Source: Erysipelotrichaceae bacterium (GTDB lineage: Bacteria; Bacillota_I; Bacilli_A; RFN20; CAG-826). From it: a DNA stretch of 64,000 nt. Shown in pieces: positions 20,001 to 28,446 of this stretch. The notes under the pieces are model-generated. The model saw only the letters and a program-made list of their open reading frames with translations, had not been told where the DNA came from and searched no databases. Within the stretch, counting starts at the first letter, position 1; every line of letters starts with the position of its first letter. Location: positions 94,835-158,834 of the forward strand of contig SVBE01000002.1 of the NCBI GenBank assembly GCA_015059065.1. Direction: 5' to 3'. The position numbers were made by a program, and so were the translations under genes.

Positions 20001-21067
20001 ACTTTATTTTCACCTTGGACATCAACTCTCACAGTGGATTCAGTTGTACTGTTATTTTTAAGAACTAAGGAAACAGCATCGTTAGCGTTCACCGCATCAA
20101 CAGCTTCGGCTTGGACATTCTTCCAGGCATTTGGTTGAGTATAGGCAATAGTTGTCACACCATCAGCTTTAGTTACTGTATAACCAGTATCAGTTGGATC
20201 CGCGCCGAATTCTAAATCAGTTTTAGTAACAGCGTCCCAGTTGATGTTTTGATCAAATGGTGGAATTGGAGCTTCGCCATCCGCATAAATTGTATTGCCT
20301 GAGGATTTGATCCATTCATATTCACAAGTCTTATCGCTTGGTCCTTCATAAGTACCGCTCCAAGAGGAGATGGAAGAAGGCCAATAAGAAGACATCATAC
20401 GACCATTTTGACTTGGAAGTTCTTTTGGATCGTCTTTAGTAACTTGATAAACTGGTTGGCCATCAACAAACCAAGTGATGGATTTTTCTGCCCAACGGAA
20501 CCCATAATTATGGAATCCTTGGCTCGCGTCGAATCCAAGGTCATGCATATGTTCATGTCCGCCTTGTCCACCGACGAAATAGTTAAATTGTACTTTAGTC
20601 GTATCTTTTCCTAAGAACTCGATATCGATTTCATCGTGTTTGTTTTCCACACCATTGACCTTATTCCACTTATCTGTGTAAGTGAAAAATGTGGAAACGC
20701 TACCAACGACATTAGTTGGTTTCATTCTTACTTCATAGTCACCATATCCATATAATTTACGGGTACGAGCTTCGCCAGCTGTATGAGGATATTTAACCCC
20801 ATCGGCTTCAGCTTCTTTGTCTTGGATTGATAATTTCATTTTTCCATCCGAATAAGTGACATTATCGCTGGTCCAGACGGCATTGAAGCCTCCACCATTG
20901 CTCCATCCATTAGAAGCATAGATTTCCTCTGATTTCCCTTTTGAGAAGTCAGCGATCATCGTCGCATTAAGTGGATCAGCAACAATACCAGAAGTTTTGC
21001 CTTGATCACAAGCGGCTAAGGTCATAGCCCCTAATGCAGTAACGACAAGTAATAATTTCTTTTGCAT
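17012..21067 (-). CDS. Giant multimodular GH16 beta-glucanase lipoprotein (GH16 + six about 150-aa repeat modules)
   Basis: Start reassigned to the ATG at 21067 (GGAGG 8 nt upstream), giving MQKKLLLVVTALGAMTLAAC (lipobox). GH16 catalytic motif HDEIDIEFLG (nt 20615-20632). Three pairs of internally similar modules are separated by Pro/Thr linkers. Confidence 0.85.
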   Translation of the reverse strand: MQKKLLLVVTALGAMTLAACDQGKTSGIVADPLNATMIADFSKGKSEEIYASNGWSNGGGFNAVWTSDNVTYSDGKMKLSIQDKEAEADGVKYPHTAGEARTRKLYGYGDYEVRMKPTNVVGSVSTFFTYTDKWNKVNGVENKHDEIDIEFLGKDTTKVQFNYFVGGQGGHEHMHDLGFDASQGFHNYGFRWAEKSITWFVDGQPVYQVTKDDPKELPSQNGRMMSSYWPSSISSWSGTYEGPSDKTCEYEWIKSSGNTIYADGEAPIPPFDQNINWDAVTKTDLEFGADPTDTGYTVTKADGVTTIAYTQPNAWKNVQAEAVDAVNANDAVSLVLKNNSTTESTVRVDVQGENKVGNRDALNEMAIAYGTDAEVSTDPEWGGSKLTLAAGEEARLVIKYDVTTNRGLAKNILIFTDSLSEAPAAHQGGNITVKDIKFASTSGQPIVPPTPEPTPTVDPWEDIDPVDVTFSDTPDYTVVKEDGVTTVTYTQASGYENIIANVGSLANGENDALGLKFKNNGTTNVSVRVDVQGENKVGNTDCLNTSASASDGRNVSTNLEWGGSSFTLKAGEEVVITINYATDTDKGAAKNLLVFFDSLQEAVKENNGNISISEVKFASFDEDVPSEPTPAPVDPEPTPTPEPGDLPYDDTVVVPAISDDAVALSFWSSDATSYPAVSGDSGKSVSVTYSDIAAYAYKCIGAESLAGITDLASVNQVKVTVTNKGLKAANIRIDTKSAAGAHLQSGAAIAGEEGDYSGLDFSGEGTKFVVAAKKSVVVTIDLSGAATLGEYIFFLDSIGGEATSGKIVLSSFEFAASGEPTPVDPEPTPTPVDPEPTPTPVDPEPTPVDPEPTPTPVDPVVVPDLDDNAAALTFWKSSDAYTATSSESDKVLSVSYSELVGNSYACVGANDLSGAVSATTDTVSVNITNKGTADAKVRVDTHHKTSDTTSNPLHVSASATGDIVGTVDYSGEGVILTVKANSNANLVIKIDQSTESFDKLVIFVDSCNDSADTKTGEVVFSSFVFTAPADPDPTPTPNPDPTPETKTTLMFTTDNEYTIVNDTTAGTSHITYESVTEATYHNVQAPLTDLEEGTNRVSFKITNAGAENVKFTFKVQIDSGETSYCTALDSYDYFGADKTVQYNVAAGNSRDIVIAFDGTAGANNLVAFINTGWADTPATFTNGDITISDVAFEVVEEEPVTALTFTTSNAYVIENNATDGTSNITYASVKENTYANIRAELSYGEGVNRLSLTFKNDGAESVQFNFKGLVDDPEASYLENIGGYDYFNTDTNVAQLNVAAGGERSITLGFASDSGVKTLVVFINSFWAEGEGATYTDGDITISNISYSTAE
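18490..18614. repeat. Tandem DNA repeat encoding a (PVDPEPTPT)n linker
   Basis: Reiterated GGATC(A/G)ACTGGAGTTGG(A/G)G(T)(A/T)GG(T/C)TCT units. Encodes EPTPVDPEPTPTPVDPEPTPTPVDPEPTPVDPEPTPTPVDP. Confidence 0.8.
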
Positions 21068-21107
21068 TTTGATACCTCCAAAATTATTAATGATTTTATT
21101 TATATAT

Positions 21108-21863
21108 TCAGCTGTTCGCTGGTATATACGCGAAATATTTATAATAAGCGGATACTGGAAGCGTGCCATCGATGAATCTTCCCGCCCATAAGTCATGTCC
21201 AGTGACATTCCATAGATTCATCATGATGTGCTGCGGATGAGTTGGAATCTCTTCTGTTGCCGTATGCACTTTCACTCCATCGACGTACCAGGAGATTGAA
21301 TCTTTGTTCCATTCAAAGCCATATTCATGGAATTCCTTTGAAGCATCGAATCCAAGGTTATAGATGTATTCATGTCCACCTTTTCCACTCGTGTAATAAT
21401 TGAACTGTACATGCGTCGGATTGTTTCCTAAGAATTCGATATCGATTTCATCCCATACAGGGTTACGGGTGTAAGTGAAGAAAGATGAGATAACCCCTGG
21501 ACAATAAGCGGCTTTCATATTGACCGCATAATATCCGTAATGGAAACTCATTGCTCTAGAACGATATTCCATGCCGTAGTATCTATCTCCTTGTTTATAA
21601 AGAGTAGATTTCATGCTGCCATCGACGAGTTGACCAGCTTCATTAGACCAATAACACATGAATGGATCGCTGTTTTTATAGCCATTCGCGAAGAAGAATT
21701 CATCGGAATAGCCTTTAGAGAAATCCACAAGATAATCTTTTGGGTTCACTAATTTACGTTGTTCACCTTCTTGAGGAACTACTGGTCCCCCACTAGGTGT
21801 GCACGCAGATAAAAGCCCACATAGAAAGATTAATGGCGATGTTTTGGTCAATAAAGTTTTCAC
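21108..21863 (-). CDS. GH16 beta-glucanase lipoprotein (laminarinase/lichenase type)
   Basis: 251 aa. GTG start. Signal plus lipobox LCGLLSAC. Catalytic WDEIDIEFLG (nt 21432-21449). Ends with a TGA stop. Confidence 0.9.
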   Translation of the reverse strand: MKTLLTKTSPLIFLCGLLSACTPSGGPVVPQEGEQRKLVNPKDYLVDFSKGYSDEFFFANGYKNSDPFMCYWSNEAGQLVDGSMKSTLYKQGDRYYGMEYRSRAMSFHYGYYAVNMKAAYCPGVISSFFTYTRNPVWDEIDIEFLGNNPTHVQFNYYTSGKGGHEYIYNLGFDASKEFHEYGFEWNKDSISWYVDGVKVHTATEEIPTHPQHIMMNLWNVTGHDLWAGRFIDGTLPVSAYYKYFAYIPANS

Positions 21864-21927
21864 ATCTATACCTTAAAACAACAAAAAGATAGTGGCAATT
21901 ACTTTACCTAAACTGCAATTTTGTTAC

Positions 21928-23298
21928 TTATTTTGTCGTATTGTCGGTGAGTATTATCGATAAATGGAAGACGTTATTAGAGGTCGAAATCGACATCTCT
22001 CCCCCGTATTTTCTGGCGATAATCTTAATGCTTCTAAGACCAAAGCCGTGGAAGTTTTTATCTTCCTTTGTGGTCTCTGGCAAGTCATTATTAAATTCTA
22101 ATTTTTGATGATAATAATTGTCTTGATCTATAAAGATCATGTTCCCTCTTTTACGCGTGGAGATGTTGATGATTCTCTGCTTTTCATCTTTGATATTCTT
22201 TACCGCTTCTAAAGCGTTATCGATGATATTACCAAATAGACAGTAGAGGTCACCACTATCCATGAATTCAAAGATCGTCCCATCAACCATACAACCAAAG
22301 TTGATATTATTCTGTTTGCAGAAGGATGATTTCTCCCATAAAAGGACATTCAACATTTGATTGCCAGTATCTAATTTAGAATCATAGATATTGACCGATT
22401 CTTCTAGTTTCTTCAACTCTTCTTGATTGAAGTTACCCGTGCTCGCTAAAGAACGGATTTGATATTTGATGTCGTGACATTTGATGTTAATCATATCAAT
22501 CGTATCTTTAGATATTTCGTATTGCTGTTTGGACTGTTTAATCGTGTGTTCAAGATATTCCACTTCGTTCGTTAAATGGTTTTCTTTAATCGCTTTAGAA
22601 GATAAATATAAGACGAGGACGCAGGAAAGAATGGATAACAGATTTCCACTTTGTCTAAGAAGGAGTAATGTCCCGTTATCGAAATGATGTTCCCTGCCCG
22701 TGGACATATTCTTGAAAGCGATATCTTCAAAAGAACAAAGGACGACAGTAGTCAATAAACAAAACATCGTCACTAATAATATTCTTTTGCTAAATACCCT
22801 ATCGCTTAAGCTCTTATGGAAGAAGAAACGGAACACTAAAGCGGTGATCACTATCATTATCACAAGGAATGAATAATAGATGATGTGGTAGATGAGATTA
22901 TAATTATCTCCCCAGGATAAATCCCAGTCATTATTGACCATAAAGACGAATAAGATAAGCCACACTTTATAGACGATATTTTGAATCGCATAAGCCACTC
23001 CTAAATAAAATATCACTGGGACAAACTGTTCGTTGACGACGAATTTTGTCGCGGGGATAAAGGCCGCGAATAAAGTGAGATAGACAAGCACTCTGCCCCA
23101 TAATGTATCGCCGAAATAATAATAGAAGAATGATAGACCAAATCCGATTATGAGAACAAATAATAAAGCGAGGAAGAATCTACCAATAAATCTTTCTTTT
23201 TTGTTAAAGAAATAAAAGACGACAACGATAAAAGCCCCGAGTTCAATGATGAATTCTAAAATCACTTGAACAAAGATTGCTAAAACATCTTGTATCAC
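21928..23298 (-). CDS. Sensor histidine kinase, AgrC/LytS-like. Paralog of 1796..3082
   Basis: 456 aa. GTG start overlapping the regulator stop (TAGTG). About 6 TM helices. HDIKYQI. GHKL motifs NIIDNALEA and HGFGLRSIKIIARKYGG. Confidence 0.85.
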   Translation of the reverse strand: MIQDVLAIFVQVILEFIIELGAFIVVVFYFFNKKERFIGRFFLALLFVLIIGFGLSFFYYYFGDTLWGRVLVYLTLFAAFIPATKFVVNEQFVPVIFYLGVAYAIQNIVYKVWLILFVFMVNNDWDLSWGDNYNLIYHIIYYSFLVIMIVITALVFRFFFHKSLSDRVFSKRILLVTMFCLLTTVVLCSFEDIAFKNMSTGREHHFDNGTLLLLRQSGNLLSILSCVLVLYLSSKAIKENHLTNEVEYLEHTIKQSKQQYEISKDTIDMINIKCHDIKYQIRSLASTGNFNQEELKKLEESVNIYDSKLDTGNQMLNVLLWEKSSFCKQNNINFGCMVDGTIFEFMDSGDLYCLFGNIIDNALEAVKNIKDEKQRIINISTRKRGNMIFIDQDNYYHQKLEFNNDLPETTKEDKNFHGFGLRSIKIIARKYGGEMSISTSNNVFHLSIILTDNTTK

Positions 23299-24005
23299 TA
23301 TTTCACCCCACTATACCAATTGGCGAGTTCTTCTAAGAATATCTTCTTTCGTGGACGAGAGATGAGTAAAACTGAACTCCCAACAGTGAGTTCTAACCCC
23401 TCAATCTTTGATATATAATTTGGATTAACTAAATAGCATTGATTGCATTTTAAAAATCCATAATCTTTAAGCTCTTCTTCCGCTTTAGAGATCGTTCCCG
23501 TCACTTCAATCACTTCATCGACTAGGTGGTAATATAAGCGATGTCTAATCACTTCGACAAACATCAGTTTATTCGTGGAGATATGATATATCCCTTTACC
23601 GGCTTTCACTAAATAATCTTTATCTTCATTTAAAGAATATAAGGATATTGCTTTCTTGAATTTTAATGAGAAGTCAAAATACTGCACTGGTTTAATGAGA
23701 TAAGCCACCGCATCTACTTCATATCCCTTCTGCGCGTATTGAATCAGATTAGTGACAAATATAATCGAGCATGACTTATCGATTTTACGAAGTTCACCAG
23801 AAGCTTCAACCCCATTCATATTCGGCATTTCCACATCTAAAAGGACAACCGCATAGATCGGTTTATAATCCTTTAAAAATGAAGTCGCATCATGAAAACG
23901 AACGACATTATATTCTGTATGTTCTTTTTCGGAAATGTTAATGATAAAAGACTGTAAAAGTTTTGCATCATTATCATTATCTTCAACAATAGCAATGTTA
24001 TACAT
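23298..24005 (-). CDS. LytTR-family response regulator. Paralog of 3083..3802
   Basis: 235 aa. REC (VVLLDVEMPNMNGVE) plus a LytTR C-terminal domain (LMFVEVIRHRLYYHL ... ISRPRKK). Confidence 0.85.
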   Translation of the reverse strand: MYNIAIVEDNDNDAKLLQSFIINISEKEHTEYNVVRFHDATSFLKDYKPIYAVVLLDVEMPNMNGVEASGELRKIDKSCSIIFVTNLIQYAQKGYEVDAVAYLIKPVQYFDFSLKFKKAISLYSLNEDKDYLVKAGKGIYHISTNKLMFVEVIRHRLYYHLVDEVIEVTGTISKAEEELKDYGFLKCNQCYLVNPNYISKIEGLELTVGSSVLLISRPRKKIFLEELANWYSGVK

Positions 24006-24035
24006 ATAAATTATTATATAGGAAAAGAAATGATA

Positions 24036-24062
24036 TAAAAAAGACTGTCATCGTAGACAGTC
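24036..24062 (-). terminator. Rho-independent terminator after mgtC
   Basis: Minus strand reads GACTGTC-tacgat-GACAGTC followed by TTTTTT. Starts 2 nt after the stop of the mgtC 3' reading frame (24064). Confidence 0.7.
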
Positions 24063-24063
24063 A

Positions 24064-24803
24064 TTATTGATAATATTTTGGTCGCGACGAGGTGACGGTT
24101 TTAACTCCCTCAATCTTTTCAAGTTTGCTGAGGAATATCACAAGATCAAAATCTTTATTGTTCGCATATAAACCAAATTTTAGTTGTATCTCATCACCTT
24201 CTAATGATTCCATTTGTAAATTGTTGATGCTGCATTCAGATTGTTCACTGATTTCAAGAAGATGAGAAATAACAGGTACATTCCTTGTTGCTCTTAATGT
24301 AATCTGCGGTCTTTTTTCTTACTGAAATATACTTCAAATTTGCCCAAGGTGATTAAGACGATGAGGATGAGGATTGTGCCTCCAGTCGCGAGAATAAAGT
24401 TCATTGAACCACAGGCTAAACCAATCGCCATGGAAACCCAGATTGTCGCGGCGGTTGTTAAACCAGTGATACCAGCGTTCCTATGCATGATTGCACCCGC
24501 GCCTAAAAAGCCAACACCAGTGACCACTGCTGCAGCTAGTCTTGCCACATCTCTTCTTGTTCCTTCAATAGCAGGGAAGCCATATACAGAAACAATCATG
24601 ATGATACATGAACCAATACCGACAAGAAGATGAGTTCTAAATCCCGCATTGCTTCCTTTAGTTTCTCTTTCATAGCCAATCGCACCAGAAAGTAAAGCGG
24701 ACAAAAGCAAAGCGATGACACATAAAATAAGATTGCCAACTGGCCAATCTCCGGCGTACATCGCGCCAATCTTTTCAGCGATGATTTGATCAATAGTAGT
24801 CAT
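24064..24803 (-). pseudogene. mgtC: MgtC/SapB-family gene interrupted by a -1 frameshift at an A6 run
   Basis: The track ORF 24294..24803 encodes only the membrane domain (GYERETKGSNAGFRTHLLVG). A second frame, open from 24318 to 24064, encodes RPQITLRATRNVPVISHLLEISEQ...FDLVIFLSKLEKIEGVKTVTS, which looks like the soluble MgtC C-terminal domain. The frames overlap at AAGAAAAAAGAC (T6 on the plus strand at 24312-24317). The span is 740 nt, one short of in-frame. Confidence 0.65.
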
Positions 24804-24858
24804 CTATATAATTTTACAAAATTACTCTTTTTATATCAATCCAATAACGTTAGAGATA

Positions 24859-25536
24859 TTATCTTACTTTCAAAGTCTTTAAATAAGTTTTGTGCTCGTC
24901 GCTGACACGATATGACTCCACGGCTTTTTGGATAGCTTTATTGTGGATGAAGTTATCAAACCACTTCTCTTCAATGGCTATAATGAAGTCATCATAGTTT
25001 TTAGCAAGTCCCGTCGCGATATACCAAGCGATCATCATCTTCACATAATAATCATCGAGTTTCACTTCTTTGACTTTCTTTAAATGTTCAATATTAAAGT
25101 CATCATCGAGATAATAATTCATCAAACATTTGACCGCATACCTCACGCGATATAGCTCTTTGCTTTTAAGCCATTTATAGATAGTAGGAAGAAGTTTATC
25201 TTTATATTTATTTAAGTGTTTATTACAAATCGTGTCACATACAGACCAGTTAGTGACATAAGGTAAAAAAGCATCAATATAAGAGATGAATTCATCATAA
25301 TCTTTGATGTTAGATAAGATGAGGGCATGAAGGATATTTTCTTCATGATAAAGATGCGGTAAAGATTTTAAAAAGTCTTCTTTTTGCTCATTATCTATGC
25401 ATTTCGCGTATTTTTTGATAATTGGTAGCCTTACTCCAATAAAAGTCTTTTCATCCACATTAGGGATTAATGGCAAAGTAAAAGCTCGATATTTTTCGTC
25501 CTTATTCTCTAATAGATATTTTTGAATCTCATTCAT
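24859..25536 (-). CDS. DNA alkylation repair protein (AlkD-like HEAT-repeat family)
   Basis: 225 aa. The N-terminal pattern EIQKYLLENKDEKYRAFTLPLIPNVD..FIGVRLPIIKKYAK recalls this family. Called from memory of family members only. Confidence 0.55.
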   Translation of the reverse strand: MNEIQKYLLENKDEKYRAFTLPLIPNVDEKTFIGVRLPIIKKYAKCIDNEQKEDFLKSLPHLYHEENILHALILSNIKDYDEFISYIDAFLPYVTNWSVCDTICNKHLNKYKDKLLPTIYKWLKSKELYRVRYAVKCLMNYYLDDDFNIEHLKKVKEVKLDDYYVKMMIAWYIATGLAKNYDDFIIAIEEKWFDNFIHNKAIQKAVESYRVSDEHKTYLKTLKVR

Positions 25537-25537
25537 C

Positions 25538-26749
25538 TTATTTCATCAATTCACGAACCACTTTTTCGCATTCCTGTTCATTCATAATCTTTGGTACAGG
25601 ATAACCAGGATTACCTTCTTTAAGCGCGCGTCTAACAATGGTCATGACATCCTCTTCTTTGATGCAGTCAAACTTTGTTGGAATATTCATTCGTTTATTC
25701 ATATTCCTAATCTCTTCGATATAGGCTTTTGCTTTTTCTTCTTCGCTTAATTCTTTATCTGTTAAATTGATCAAATCCGCAAGTCTACTTAATGGTTTAT
25801 AAATGCTTTTACCGTACCATTCTAAAACATAAGGGAGGATCACCGCATTAGCAAGGCCATGTGGGACTCCGTATAGTCCACCTAAATTATGCGCGATCGC
25901 GTGAACATAACCAACGAACGCTCTTGTGAAGGCACATCCAGCAAGATAAGAAGCCTTTAACATATTGCTTCTCGCTTCGATATCTTTCCCGTTATTATAG
26001 GCTTTCTCTAAATTAGTATGAATCAGCTTCACTGCTTCTTCTGAATACCTAATCGTGGATTTGACATTGCTCTTACCGATATAAGCTTCTACGGCATGGG
26101 TTAAAGCATCCATTCCTGTAGTAGAGGTGATATGAGGAGGTAATCCCACAGTTAAAGAAGGATCTAGAACCGCATATTTTGGACGTAAGACGATATCGGC
26201 AATCGCGTTCTTCTCATGTGTAGAAGGGTCACTCACCACTGCCGCTAATGTTGTTTCTGAACCTGTTCCTGCAGTTGTCGGAACAGCAAAGAAAGGCGGT
26301 AACTTCTTATGGACTTTTAAATACCCACGCATCTGACGAACAGATTTCTTGGGTTGGACTACTCTCGCCCCTGCTGCTTTCGCGCAGTCCATCGGAGATC
26401 CACCTCCGAAAGCGATGATACCCTGACACTTATTATTGATATATGCATCTTTGCAGGCTTCAATATTTCCAATTGTTGGATTAGGTTGGACTTCATCAAA
26501 TACCACATATTCCATCTCTTCTTTTGTAAGCTCTTTAAACAATGGATCGAGGATATGAAGATTCATCAACCCTTTATCAGTGACAACTAAGACTTTATTT
26601 ATTCCCTTTGTTTTAATGAAAGCTGGTAATTTTAAAACCGCTCCTTCTCCTTCCAGAAGAGTGGGCTCTTTCCAATTCATAAAACATAAGGCTAACTTTA
26701 AAACTTTTTGGTTAATGCGGTAATAACATTTTCTAAATGTCCAAAACAT
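25538..26749 (-). CDS. Iron-containing (group III) alcohol dehydrogenase
   Basis: 403 aa. GGGSPMDCAKA glycine motif. Metal-binding His cluster (HAIAHNLGGLYGVPHG). Confidence 0.85.
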   Translation of the reverse strand: MFWTFRKCYYRINQKVLKLALCFMNWKEPTLLEGEGAVLKLPAFIKTKGINKVLVVTDKGLMNLHILDPLFKELTKEEMEYVVFDEVQPNPTIGNIEACKDAYINNKCQGIIAFGGGSPMDCAKAAGARVVQPKKSVRQMRGYLKVHKKLPPFFAVPTTAGTGSETTLAAVVSDPSTHEKNAIADIVLRPKYAVLDPSLTVGLPPHITSTTGMDALTHAVEAYIGKSNVKSTIRYSEEAVKLIHTNLEKAYNNGKDIEARSNMLKASYLAGCAFTRAFVGYVHAIAHNLGGLYGVPHGLANAVILPYVLEWYGKSIYKPLSRLADLINLTDKELSEEEKAKAYIEEIRNMNKRMNIPTKFDCIKEEDVMTIVRRALKEGNPGYPVPKIMNEQECEKVVRELMK

Positions 26750-26824
26750 ATGTATATCCTCTATACACCATTATAATCCCCAACCCCATCATTATTCGAA
26801 TAGAAAAGAATTTTTGGGTATATT

Positions 26825-26850
26825 TGAAAAAAGCCACCTAGTGGCGGCTT
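26825..26850 (-). terminator. Rho-independent terminator after the 527-aa ORF
   Basis: Minus strand reads AAGCCGCC-acta-GGTGGCTT followed by TTTTTC. Lies 13 nt beyond the stop at 26863. Confidence 0.65.
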
Positions 26851-26862
26851 AATCAGTTGATA

Positions 26863-28446
26863 TTATTTCAAAACGATATCGTTGTTGTTGTTTTCAACTT
26901 CTTCAATATTTTTTTCTTTAACAACTTCTTTTTTATTGTCCTTAATATCGTTTGCTTTTTCTTCGACAACATTAGGATTTGTAATCGCAGGTTCTTTATG
27001 TGGTGGATAACCATTGAGGAGTTCACTATCGATTTCCTTGAAGATTTGATCTTTCTCCTCTTTACATTGGTCGCATGTCGCGATGATGTCATCAGCGAAC
27101 TTCATTCTTTTATCGTCAACGGAATTGCCGCGACCAGTATAGCCTTGTCCTGCTTTTCTTGTACGATAATTAACCGCAGCTTCTCTAAGTTTATCTTCAT
27201 TTAAATAATCTTTATGACGAGGATCATTGAACTGTTTATATGCTTTCATCAAATAATCGTATTGGGCAGAATTTCTACCAAACCATCTGGAGAACCAACT
27301 CGCTTTTAATTTTTCTTCACATTTATCAGGATCAATTGATGGGAGAGTAGTCTTTTGTTGTAGTCTTTTTCTCCATTCATTTGCATATTGATATGAGGCA
27401 TCAAAACAGATGAGTTGGATGCGTTTGATTTCATCTGGTGTTCTTGGTTTTAAGATATATTTGACATTTTCTTGTTCGTGACCGATGAGGTTGTTATCAA
27501 ATGAGCCATCGACATCTCCTAAAGCAACAGGGAAGAAATCTCTTAACGCAATTTCTTGTTCATAGCCATTATAATTATCTTTCTTCATTGGCTTATAGGC
27601 CATGATTCCTCCTTTGGAGAAATCTGCGCCTTTCTTCTTCATGTTTTCAAAGACTGTAAACATGTCTTCTTTTCCTTCGATAAGTTTATTTTGAACCATC
27701 GTCATATAAGTCTTATTATTTGGTTCTTCGCTCATGAAGTCACCGCATTTGAGCATTAAGATTTGGGCTTGTGGAGCATCGATTTCTGGGAACGCGAAAT
27801 AGTCTATCGAGGAAGCAATCTCAGTATATTGCTTATCAAGACCACCGATTAAATTAGTGAGTTCTTCAATAGAATTTTTAGCGTTTTTCATCCCATCTGT
27901 CATATCGACATGAGTAAAGGCGTTACTATATTCAAATGCATCTTTAATCGCGCGGTAATTCTTCTGATAATACTCCGCGAGTTTTAGTTTGTCGCCTTTG
28001 CAGTCTAAGATGTCTTGAGGATTGAGTTTCATCACATCCTTATAACGGACATAGGCGAGCTTATTAGGATAATGAAGATAATCTTGGTAAACCTTTTCGT
28101 TATGGTCTTGCGCATCTTTAGTGTTATCTGTTCTAAAGAAAGTAGAGACATTGCGGTCAAACGGATTTTTATTGTTTCCTGTAGACTTGCCGTATTTATC
28201 GACCATGTCTTTATAGATTTTTTCTTGCTCTGCTTTAATTGCCTTTGCTTCTTGACCGATGCGATAAACAGCAACTTCTTTTGGATCATTGAGTCGATCT
28301 TTAAGATTCTCATCAAAAGAAACTTTCTGTCCAGGAGGAAGAAGTTTATTGAGTTTATTCACTAAATCTCTATGTCTTGCGATAATCGCTTCTTTTTCTT
28401 CTTCTGTTAATGGTGGATATACTTTTACTTCTACTTTGTTTGGCAT
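26863..28446 (-). CDS. Hypothetical protein, 527 aa, K/E/D/N-rich, no recognisable domain
   Basis: Long uninterrupted ORF with its own terminator. No signal peptide, TM helix or catalytic motif that I can identify. Low-complexity acidic/basic C-terminus. Confidence 0.6.
   Translation of the reverse strand: MPNKVEVKVYPPLTEEEKEAIIARHRDLVNKLNKLLPPGQKVSFDENLKDRLNDPKEVAVYRIGQEAKAIKAEQEKIYKDMVDKYGKSTGNNKNPFDRNVSTFFRTDNTKDAQDHNEKVYQDYLHYPNKLAYVRYKDVMKLNPQDILDCKGDKLKLAEYYQKNYRAIKDAFEYSNAFTHVDMTDGMKNAKNSIEELTNLIGGLDKQYTEIASSIDYFAFPEIDAPQAQILMLKCGDFMSEEPNNKTYMTMVQNKLIEGKEDMFTVFENMKKKGADFSKGGIMAYKPMKKDNYNGYEQEIALRDFFPVALGDVDGSFDNNLIGHEQENVKYILKPRTPDEIKRIQLICFDASYQYANEWRKRLQQKTTLPSIDPDKCEEKLKASWFSRWFGRNSAQYDYLMKAYKQFNDPRHKDYLNEDKLREAAVNYRTRKAGQGYTGRGNSVDDKRMKFADDIIATCDQCKEEKDQIFKEIDSELLNGYPPHKEPAITNPNVVEEKANDIKDNKKEVVKEKNIEEVENNNNDIVLK

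Noticed and set aside
21068-21208. N-terminal 47 codons of the track ORF 17012..21208 (MSLDMTYGRED...), which overlap the upstream GH16 gene
   Set aside because: The internal ATG at 21067 has a GGAGG SD and yields a textbook signal peptide and lipobox (MQKKLLLVVTALGAMTLAAC). The extension has no SD and would overlap 21108..21863 by 100 nt.
21880-21912. Possible third, decayed copy of the 13237/13930 terminator repeat (shares GTGGCAATTA and flanking A-rich sequence)
   Set aside because: Only about 19 of 25 positions match. A 10-mer match in 64 kb of AT-rich DNA is not clearly beyond chance.
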